DNA from: Lachnospiraceae bacterium
GTDB lineage: Bacteria; Bacillota; Clostridia; Lachnospirales; Lachnospiraceae
Assembly (NCBI GenBank): GCA_029225485.1
Contig: JAQXWO010000243.1
Span: forward strand, 1 to 45,460
DNA: 45,460 bases
Direction: 5' to 3'
The position numbers were made by a program, and so were the translations under genes. The notes beneath the pieces were generated by a model. That model worked only from the letters and a program-made list of their open reading frames with translations, was not told the DNA's origin and ran no database searches. This document shows, piece after piece, positions 37,997 to 45,460 of the stretch (its first letter is position 1; every line of letters starts with the position of its first letter).

Positions 37997-39367
37997 TTAT
38001 ATCTCATCTCTTGTGATATTTTTGATCCATTTTCCGCTTCTGTAATGCTTCAGCACCCAGGGCCATTTCACAAATTCATCGGTGCACAGCAGGAAATACA
38101 CCGCCATAGGCGGCAGCTTCAGCACAAAAGCAGCGAAGAATCCCATCGGCACTGCATACACCCACATATCAATAGTATCGCAGATAAACCCAAAGCGGCT
38201 GTCTCCTCCTGCCCGGAACAGACCTGCGATCAGGGTCGTGTTGACCGCTGCTCCCATAATGTAGTATGTATTGATCCAGAGCATGAAATTCAGATATCCC
38301 ATGGCAGTCTCAGACAAAGAGGCATACTGCAGCACAAAGGGCCGCACAGCCACTACGACCAGTCCCCCGATCAGAGCGGAAGCCACGGTCAGTCTCATGG
38401 ATCTGGAACCATCCCTGCGAGCCTCTTCCAGCTGATTGGCTCCGATCTCTTTTCCCACATAAATACCGCTGGCGCTGGCTATTCCAAAGCAGAATACAGT
38501 ACTGAAATTCCGCACCACCACGACCAGAGAGTTGGCTGCCACAATATCGGTGCCCATATGCCCCATGATCACGGAATACATGGAAAATCCGACGCTCCAG
38601 ATAATATCATTTCCAAGAGCCGGAAGAGACAGACGGACAAAATCCTTCATGAGCACGCCGCTCTTTTCAAACATGGCAAGGGGCCGGAGCCGGACATTGG
38701 GCGATACAGAGGATACTGCAAAGCAGGCGGCCAGCTGAACGGCTCTGGAAACAGAGGTGGCCAGAGCGACACCCCGGGCTCCCATCTTCGGTGCACCGAA
38801 CCATCCAAACACGAATACCGCGTTCAGGAAAATATTCAGAATCAGCGCCGAAACGTTCAATATCGTGCTGATTTTGACACGTTCCACACTTCGGAGCACC
38901 GACAGAAACGTTTCTGAAAATCCCCAGCAAAGATAACTGATGCTGATGAGCTGCAGATAGGATGCTCCGATAGAGATCAGCTCCTGATCCTTCGTAAACA
39001 GTGTCATCATCAGCCGGGGAACACAGGCGGCAGGCAGCGCAAAGAGAATCGAGATGCCGACAGAAAACCGAAGCGCGATACCTTCCACCCGGTCAATGGC
39101 CTTCAGATCTCCCTTCCCCCAGTACTGGGCACACAGGATCGAAGCTCCTGTCCCCAGACCGTAATAAACCATAAATAATATGTTCGTATACTGTACCGCC
39201 AGCGATACTGCGGAAATCGCAGACTGTCCGACAGAATTCAGCATGATCACATCCATCGAGCTGACTGCCGCGCTGAACAGATTCTGAATAATGATCGGCA
39301 GTGACAGCCGCAGGATCTTTCCGTAGGCCTGCCGCTCTTCTGCCCAGTGTTTTTTATTCATCCCCAT
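37997..39367 (-). CDS. MATE family efflux transporter
   Basis: LSLPIIIQN...DVIML, AQYWGKGD, NIFLNAVFVFG..G.P.MG..GVALATS, RAGGD. Confidence 0.92.
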   Translation of the reverse strand: MGMNKKHWAEERQAYGKILRLSLPIIIQNLFSAAVSSMDVIMLNSVGQSAISAVSLAVQYTNILFMVYYGLGTGASILCAQYWGKGDLKAIDRVEGIALRFSVGISILFALPAACVPRLMMTLFTKDQELISIGASYLQLISISYLCWGFSETFLSVLRSVERVKISTILNVSALILNIFLNAVFVFGWFGAPKMGARGVALATSVSRAVQLAACFAVSSVSPNVRLRPLAMFEKSGVLMKDFVRLSLPALGNDIIWSVGFSMYSVIMGHMGTDIVAANSLVVVVRNFSTVFCFGIASASGIYVGKEIGANQLEEARRDGSRSMRLTVASALIGGLVVVAVRPFVLQYASLSETAMGYLNFMLWINTYYIMGAAVNTTLIAGLFRAGGDSRFGFICDTIDMWVYAVPMGFFAAFVLKLPPMAVYFLLCTDEFVKWPWVLKHYRSGKWIKNITRDEI

Positions 39368-39470
39368 TTACCTTCTCTTTCTGTTTCATTTCTTTTGTTG
39401 ACATATTTCCAGCTTCTGGTTATGATGTACCATAGCTATCATAAAATCTTATTCTTAAGGAGACACCGTC

Positions 39471-39989
39471 ATGAACGACCACAGCAGCAACAATATCACG
39501 CTGATCGGAATGCCAGGCGCCGGAAAAAGCACCATCGGCATCGTACTGGCCAAGGTGCTGGGACTGGATTTTCTCGACTCAGACCTTCTGATCCAGAAGG
39601 AAGAAGGCCGGCTTCTCTGGCAGATCATCCGCGATGAAGGCAGCGACGGCTTTGCCCGGATCGAAGAGCGGGTCAACAGCTCCATTCAGGTCCAGAATGC
39701 CATCATTGCCACAGGAGGCAGCGTCGTCTACAGTGACAAGGCCATGCAGCATCTGCGAAGCATCAGCACGGTCATTTACCTTCAGACCTCCTGTGCTACC
39801 CTGGCAGCCCGCCTCGGAGATCTGACCAAAAGAGGTGTTACGTTCCGTCCCGGACAGACACTGGAAGATCTGTATAATGAGCGCATTCCTCTGTATGAAA
39901 AGTATGCCCACATCACAGTAAGTCTGGATGACTATGATGTGCAGCACGCCGTCCATCAAATTCAGAAAATCCTGGAGAGCAGAGACTGA
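39471..39989 (+). CDS. aroK: Shikimate kinase
   Basis: LIGMPGAGKSTIG, DSD, IIATGGSVV, ER.PLYEKYA. Confidence 0.93.
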   Translation: MNDHSSNNITLIGMPGAGKSTIGIVLAKVLGLDFLDSDLLIQKEEGRLLWQIIRDEGSDGFARIEERVNSSIQVQNAIIATGGSVVYSDKAMQHLRSISTVIYLQTSCATLAARLGDLTKRGVTFRPGQTLEDLYNERIPLYEKYAHITVSLDDYDVQHAVHQIQKILESRD

Positions 39990-40006
39990 TGTCTGCTCTC
40001 CTCATT

Positions 40007-40231
40007 TTACCATTCCTTTTTCAGTTCTTCCTCACTGACTCCATACAGACGCATAAATTCTCTCAGATCGCTGTCATTTCGTATCAGCATCAGTTCCTCA
40101 AAATGGCCGTCTTCCGTACTTCTGAAGCCCGCCACCTTCTCACCGGTGCAGATACTGGCGCGAATGACTGGATATTTGCCCGTCCGGTCGAATTCCATTC
40201 TTGTTTCCTGTCTCTTTTTTCTGAAAAACAC
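40007..40231 (-). CDS. Small hypothetical protein (74 aa)
   Basis: PVIRASICTGEKVAGF motif resembles a recurrent small clostridial family. GTG start at 40231 with AGGGG RBS, downstream of ddl. Confidence 0.65.
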   Translation of the reverse strand: MFFRKKRQETRMEFDRTGKYPVIRASICTGEKVAGFRSTEDGHFEELMLIRNDSDLREFMRLYGVSEEELKKEW

Positions 40232-40250
40232 AGCTGCTTCCCCCTGCCTT

Positions 40251-41309
40251 TCACCTCTCATAAGCCAGATGGATCAGACGTTCCACCAGTTCCTGTTTTG
40301 GCAGTCCCCGGTCCTCCCAAAGCATGGGATACATACTGATGGCTGTAAATCCCGGAAGCGTATTGATCTCATTGAACACCACCTCATTCGTATCCTTCTC
40401 CAGAAAGAAGTCCACTCTGGCAAGTCCGAATCCGTCTACCGCCCGGAAGATCTCCACCGCATCCCGGCGGACCTCCTCCAGCTTGCCCTCCGGAAATACG
40501 GGGTGAAGCTCTGTGCGGGAATCCGGGTTGTGATATTTCGCATCGTAAGTGTAGAATTCCTCCGCTGCCAGTATCTCTCCCACATTGGAGGCCTTCACCT
40601 CATCACCGCCCAGTACCGCACACTCGATCTCACGGCCGGTGATCTTCTCCTCCACCAGAATCTTGCTGTCAAAACGGACAGCTTCCAGAAGCGCCGCTTC
40701 CAGCTCCGGTCTGTCGTGGGCTTCACTTACCCCGCAGGAAGACCCTGCCTTGGAGGGCTTTACAAACACGGGATACTCCAGGCTGGCCTCTGTCCTTTTC
40801 ACACATTCCTCCATGGAATTCAGATCTCTCCGGGTGATCACAACATACCGTGCCTGACGGACATGCAAACGGTCCACGATGATCTTGGTGTATACTTTAT
40901 CCATCGATACGGCGGATGCCAGCACTCCGCAGCCCACATAGGGAATCTGAGCCAGTTCAAACATTCCCTGGATCGTCCCGTCCTCTCCATACTTTCCGTG
41001 AAGGACCGGAAAAGCCACATCCACTCTTACCTTTCTGACGCTTCCCTCCTCCAGAAGCAGAAGACATTTCTCTGTAGCGTCCGGAGAAAGCACCGCCGAT
41101 ACACGGCCCTGTCTCCAGGCTCCGGATACGATCTCATCCAGACTCTCCACATACAGCCAGCGGCCTTCCTTTGTGATACCCACCAGCACCGGATCGTATT
41201 TTTCCGGATCAAGTGCCCGTACGATGGTCTGCACCGAGATACAGGAAACTTCATGTTCTGAAGACTGTCCCCCGAATAATACAGCTACCTTTATTTTCTG
41301 ATCTTTCAT
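40251..41309 (-). CDS. ddl: D-alanine--D-alanine ligase
   Basis: LFGGQSSEHEVS, FPVLHGKYGEDG, MDK, VKP..AGSS.G, FYTYDAKY, ARVDFF, NEINTLPGFT.ISMYP. Confidence 0.97.
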   Translation of the reverse strand: MKDQKIKVAVLFGGQSSEHEVSCISVQTIVRALDPEKYDPVLVGITKEGRWLYVESLDEIVSGAWRQGRVSAVLSPDATEKCLLLLEEGSVRKVRVDVAFPVLHGKYGEDGTIQGMFELAQIPYVGCGVLASAVSMDKVYTKIIVDRLHVRQARYVVITRRDLNSMEECVKRTEASLEYPVFVKPSKAGSSCGVSEAHDRPELEAALLEAVRFDSKILVEEKITGREIECAVLGGDEVKASNVGEILAAEEFYTYDAKYHNPDSRTELHPVFPEGKLEEVRRDAVEIFRAVDGFGLARVDFFLEKDTNEVVFNEINTLPGFTAISMYPMLWEDRGLPKQELVERLIHLAYER

Positions 41310-41330
41310 TCTGATTAATCCCCTTCTGAT

Positions 41331-41819
41331 TTATATATATTTCTTTTCCAGCTCCAGCAGATACTGTTTCACTCCCAGACCTCCCCCATATCCTGTCAGA
41401 CTGCCGTCTGCCCCGATGACACGGTGACACGGTACCAGGATCATCACAGGATTCCGGTGATTGGCTCCGCCCACAGCCCTGCAGGCCTTAGGATTACCCA
41501 CCATCCGTGCTATATCCAGATAACTGCAGGTTTCACCGTAGGGAATCTTCCTCAGTGCTTCCCACACTTTTTTCTGAAACTCTGTCCCATGCAGATGAAG
41601 CGGCAGATCAAACTCTTTTCTCTTACCCTCAAAATACTCTTCCAGCTCCTGCTCTGTCTTTCTCAGCAGCAAAGACCCCTCCAGATTGGAGCAGTCCGTT
41701 CCTTTCTCCGCCACATATAATGCAGTCAGAGCCTCTCCATCGTCCTCTCCGCAGAGAATCCCTGCCGGCGTGGGAAAATACATTCTGTGCACTGGCTTTT
41801 TCTCATCCTGACGCATCAT
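41331..41819 (-). CDS. ogt: Methylated-DNA--protein-cysteine methyltransferase
   Basis: GTEFQKKVW..L..IPYGET.SY, RAVGGA..RNP...VPCHRVIG; AGGAGGTG RBS before ATG 41819. Confidence 0.95.
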   Translation of the reverse strand: MMRQDEKKPVHRMYFPTPAGILCGEDDGEALTALYVAEKGTDCSNLEGSLLLRKTEQELEEYFEGKRKEFDLPLHLHGTEFQKKVWEALRKIPYGETCSYLDIARMVGNPKACRAVGGANHRNPVMILVPCHRVIGADGSLTGYGGGLGVKQYLLELEKKYI

Positions 41820-41845
41820 ACACCTCCTGCTGTAAATATTCTTTT

Positions 41846-43201
41846 TTATATCAGACCCTGTACCAGAATGATCAGGATCAGCAGTGGAAGCACGTATCTG
41901 AAATATCCTTTCAGCCACTTCGGAAGTCTGAGTCCTTCTCCTGTATTCGCTTCCTTCAGATAATTGTCAAAGCCCCAGCCCCATTTTGAGACACAGAACA
42001 ACAGGAAAACGAGAGAACCCAGAGGCAGCAGAAGGTTGCTCACCAGGAAATCCTCCGTGTCAAGGATATTTCCGCCGCGGATCAGGCTCAGGTCGCTCCA
42101 TATATTATATCCCAAAACGCAGGGAACGCTCGCGATCAGAACAAATATTCCATTGACCAGGGATGCTTTCTTCCTGCTCCAGCCGAAATTATCCATGCAG
42201 TTGGCCAGAAGATTTTCAAAGACAGCGATCACCGTGGAAAAGCTGGCAAAGGTCATGAACAGGAAAAACAGAGTTCCCCAGATGCGGCCGCCCGGCATAT
42301 CGGTAAACACATTTGGCAGAGTCACAAAAATCAGGGACGGTCCCTGATCCGGCTGTACTCCGTAAGAGAAGCAGGCCGGGAAAATAATCAGTCCTGCCAT
42401 CATCGCAACAAAGGTATCCAGCAGACAGATCCGGACAGCTTCACCGCCCAGCGTGTGCTGCTTCGACATATAGCTTCCAAAGATCTCCATAGCTCCGATA
42501 CCGAGACTGAGCGTAAAAAAGGCCTGATTCATGGCCGCCGTGATCACACTTCCGAGACCGGTTTCCGTGGCTCTTCCCAGATCCGGCAGCAGATAAAAGC
42601 GGATGCCTTCCCCGGCGCCCGGCAGCAGAAAGCTGTGCACTGCCAGTACCAGAATGAGAGCCAGAAGCGCCCCCATCATCACCTTTGTGATCCGCTCCAG
42701 TCCATTCTGGAGTCCAAAACTGTTGACCACAAAACCTGCCAGCACCGTGACTGCCATCCACAGCCCCATCTCCTTCGGGTCTGCAAGCATATTTGTAAAA
42801 ACAGCTCCCACCGCTTCCGCATTCATGCCGGCAGAAAAGGTGCCATTCAGAAATTTCAGAAAATAACTGATCATCCAGCCGGACACCGTCGTATAGTACA
42901 TCATCAGAAGATAGCATCCGATCAGACATACCCATCCGTGAATATGCCACTTCTGCCCCGGCTTCTCCAACGCTCTGTAGCTCTGGACCGCACTCTTCTT
43001 TCCCGCACGTCCTACCGCCAGCTCCATCGTAAGTACCGGGACACCCATACACAGCAGAAACAGAAGATAAAAAAGTACAAAGACGCCTCCGCCATTCTGT
43101 CCTGCCACATAGGGAAAACGCCAGACATTGCCAATGCCGATGGCACATCCTGCACTCACCAGAAGGAAGCCCAGACGTGACTGAAATTTTTCTCTCTTCA
43201 T
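41846..43201 (-). CDS. Sodium-dependent transporter, NSS/SNF family
   Basis: GCAIGIGNVWRFPY..GQNGGG.F, QAFFTLSLG, GPSLIFVTLP. Confidence 0.95.
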   Translation of the reverse strand: MKREKFQSRLGFLLVSAGCAIGIGNVWRFPYVAGQNGGGVFVLFYLLFLLCMGVPVLTMELAVGRAGKKSAVQSYRALEKPGQKWHIHGWVCLIGCYLLMMYYTTVSGWMISYFLKFLNGTFSAGMNAEAVGAVFTNMLADPKEMGLWMAVTVLAGFVVNSFGLQNGLERITKVMMGALLALILVLAVHSFLLPGAGEGIRFYLLPDLGRATETGLGSVITAAMNQAFFTLSLGIGAMEIFGSYMSKQHTLGGEAVRICLLDTFVAMMAGLIIFPACFSYGVQPDQGPSLIFVTLPNVFTDMPGGRIWGTLFFLFMTFASFSTVIAVFENLLANCMDNFGWSRKKASLVNGIFVLIASVPCVLGYNIWSDLSLIRGGNILDTEDFLVSNLLLPLGSLVFLLFCVSKWGWGFDNYLKEANTGEGLRLPKWLKGYFRYVLPLLILIILVQGLI

Positions 43202-43308
43202 AATAAAACAGAAACCTCCAATATGTATAAAATTCCATGTTCAGGATAACTGCAAAACAGGGGATTGTCAAGTGTATTGCTGTTTCTTTCCTGCGCATGC
43301 GAAGCACA

Positions 43309-43468
43309 GCCCTCTGCCTCATGCATATCCAACGTGTCTGACCTCGAAACGGACAGTTATGTGTCCTTGTCTGACAGAAAGGACGGTATCCTTCCTGCAC
43401 TGGCAGACAAGGGAACATGACTGTCCGGGACGGAGGCAGCACACGTGGATATGCATGGAGCAGAGGGC
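43309..43468. repeat. 160-nt long imperfect palindrome between divergent promoters
   Basis: GCCCTCTGC/GCAGAGGGC, ATGCATATCC/GGATATGCAT, ACGTGT/ACACGT, GGACAGTTATGT/ACATGACTGTCC and CCTTGTCTG/CAGACAAGG nested into one rod. Confidence 0.85.
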
Positions 43469-43598
43469 GTCATTTCATGATCATCAACAGAGAACTTTAA
43501 CTTGACACAGCCCTGAAGCAAGCGTAAACTAAAAAACAAATGGAAATCGGCTGCTTTTTACCGATTGGATTTGATTTACAGGGAAAGGATGAAATGTT

Positions 43599-44624
43599 AT
43601 GGAAAAGAAAAACATTGACTGGGCCAATCTTGGATTTGGGTACCAGCAGACAGACAAGAGATTTGTTTCAAATTATAAAAACGGAAGCTGGGATGAGGGT
43701 GTCCTTACTTCTGATGCTACCGTAACGATCAGTGAGTGTGCCGGTGTACTGCAGTATGCACAGACCTGCTTTGAGGGAATGAAGGCATATACGACTGAGA
43801 ACGGACAGATCGTGGTCTTCCGTCCGGATCTGAATGCTGAGCGTATGGAGAACTCCTGCAAGCGTCTGGAGATGCCGGTATTCCCCCAGGATCGTTTTGT
43901 GGACGCTGTTGTTCAGACGGTTGCAGCCAATGAAGCTTATGTGCCGCCCTACGGTTCAGGCGCTACTCTTTATATCCGTCCGTACATGTTCGGAAGCGAC
44001 GCTGTCATCGGTGTAAAGCCGGCCAGCGAGTACCAGTTCCGTGTCTTCGTGACACCGGTAGGTCCCTACTTCAAGGGCGGTGTGAAGCCTCTGACGATCC
44101 GTGTCAGCGATTTTGACCGTGCAGCACCTCACGGAACCGGTCATATCAAGGCTGGTCTGAACTACGCTATGAGCCTTCATGCTATCGTTGATGCTCATCA
44201 GCAGGGCTTTGATGAGAATATGTATCTGGATGCAGCTACCAGAACGAAGGTTGAGGAGACAGGCGGAGCCAACTTCCTCTTTGTCACAAAGGACAATAAG
44301 GTCGTTACTCCAAAATCTGACAGCATTCTTCCGTCTATCACACGCCGCTCTCTTCTGACTGTTGCAAAGGATTACCTCGGACTTGAGGTCGAGGAGCGCG
44401 AAGTATACTTCGACGAAGTGAAAGACTTTGCTGAGTGCGGTCTCTGCGGTACCGCTGCTGTCATCTCTCCGGTAGGCAAGATCAATGATCACGGCAAAGA
44501 GATCTGTTTCCCCAGCGGTATGACCGAAATGGGACCTGTCACCAAAAAGCTGTATGATACACTGACCGGCATCCAGATGGGACGCATCGAAGCACCGGAA
44601 GGCTGGATCAAAGTCATTAAATAA
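43599..44624 (+). CDS. ilvE: Branched-chain amino acid aminotransferase
   Basis: LQYAQTCFEGMKAY, FRPDLNAERM, LYIRP, IKAGLNYA, EETGGANF, ILPSITR, CGTAAVISP; upstream TTGACA...TAAACT promoter. Confidence 0.97.
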   Translation: MEKKNIDWANLGFGYQQTDKRFVSNYKNGSWDEGVLTSDATVTISECAGVLQYAQTCFEGMKAYTTENGQIVVFRPDLNAERMENSCKRLEMPVFPQDRFVDAVVQTVAANEAYVPPYGSGATLYIRPYMFGSDAVIGVKPASEYQFRVFVTPVGPYFKGGVKPLTIRVSDFDRAAPHGTGHIKAGLNYAMSLHAIVDAHQQGFDENMYLDAATRTKVEETGGANFLFVTKDNKVVTPKSDSILPSITRRSLLTVAKDYLGLEVEEREVYFDEVKDFAECGLCGTAAVISPVGKINDHGKEICFPSGMTEMGPVTKKLYDTLTGIQMGRIEAPEGWIKVIK

Positions 44625-44632
44625 ATTTCCGC

Positions 44633-44680
44633 AAAAAAACACCCCGGAGAATGCATTTTCTTTCTCCGGGGTGTTCTGTT
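44633..44680. terminator. Bidirectional terminator
   Basis: AACACCCCGGAGAA / TTCTCCGGGGTGTT stem between convergent genes. Confidence 0.8.
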
Positions 44681-44731
44681 AAACTGAATAATCCAAATAC
44701 TTTATCTTTCCGTCATCCATCTGAGAATCTT

Positions 44732-45460
44732 TTATGATATAACAGCCCTGCATCCTGCACCGATTTCATATGCCTTTCCGTCCACAGACAGCCATACCGT
44801 CTGCGCGGAAGGATTGTACACACAGCTGCCGTCTGCCGTGTAGACCAGCCGTTCGAACGCTGTGATGTAATCATAGATCTCCATATTTGTGGCATACCAG
44901 ATCTCCTCATGTCCTGCCACGTATTCCAGAAATGCTTCCATCGAATCCCATCCATCGGTCACATCGAACTCGTAGGAATGACCCCAGACATAAAAGAGCA
45001 TCGGTTCTCCATAGGCTGACTCGCCTTCTACAAACTGCTGCGCCAGCTCCATCAGATGCTGATCCCCGTGATGACAGGTCGGATGCCACTGAAGGAAATC
45101 CTCGGGCAGATCAAATTTACCGGCAGACCGGACCGTTCTGGAATAAACGATCCCGCAGGCCTTCAGAACATCCAGAGTTTCTTCGGTATATGTGCCAAAG
45201 GGATACGCCATCCCCCGCACAGGAGCCTTTGTAATATCTTCGATATTTCTCCGGTCTGCAGATACTTCATAGGCTGCAGTGCCTGCAGGCACCAGCGCCA
45301 GATCCAGATGAGTCAGTCCGTGAACCGCCAGCTCATGACCCTCATAGGTACCGGCGATTTCCTCCGGATGAAGCTTATAGTGTGTCACTGTCTTTCCGGC
45401 CTGGGTGTGCATATCCTGTCTGCCCAGACATCCGGTATTGATGTTGAAAGTACCTTTTAC
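44732..45460 (-). CDS. Polysaccharide deacetylase family protein (5' end outside the window)
   Basis: Frame stays open to the window edge (VKGTFNINTG...); HELAVHGLTH, GMAYPFG, YSRT, FYVWGHSYEF, IWYATN motifs. Confidence 0.88.
   Translation of the reverse strand, partial: VKGTFNINTGCLGRQDMHTQAGKTVTHYKLHPEEIAGTYEGHELAVHGLTHLDLALVPAGTAAYEVSADRRNIEDITKAPVRGMAYPFGTYTEETLDVLKACGIVYSRTVRSAGKFDLPEDFLQWHPTCHHGDQHLMELAQQFVEGESAYGEPMLFYVWGHSYEFDVTDGWDSMEAFLEYVAGHEEIWYATNMEIYDYITAFERLVYTADGSCVYNPSAQTVWLSVDGKAYEIGAGCRAVIS

Overview
A 45.5 kb chromosomal segment of a spore-forming anaerobic Firmicute. Gene content and synteny look Lachnospiraceae-like (inference). Most genes are on the minus strand and are housekeeping: ilvC-ilvN, ilvE, leuA (Leu T-box), thrC, aroK, citrate synthase, NfnAB-type oxidoreductase, ftsK, uppP, alr, ddl, nnr, rex, ABC-F, yebC, tepA, two MATE transporters, an NSS transporter, a GH13 glucosidase and two cell-wall hydrolases. 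It also carries a 6S RNA gene and an internally deleted AAA-ATPase/PD-(D/E)XK pseudogene. No CRISPR array, tRNA, rRNA, prophage or intact transposase is visible. The most interesting signals are: (1) a solitary mazF with no antitoxin gene, carrying the same forespore-type (SigF/SigG-like) promoter motif as tepA; (2) an enigmatic KaiC-like/PPDK_N protein behind a promoter-proximal terminator overlapped by an ANTAR-like hairpin, divergent from citrate synthase; (3) a three-copy dispersed repeat bounded by GTTACTGTTCA...TGAACAGTAAC; (4) three unrelated 150-180 nt highly structured intergenic palindromic elements.
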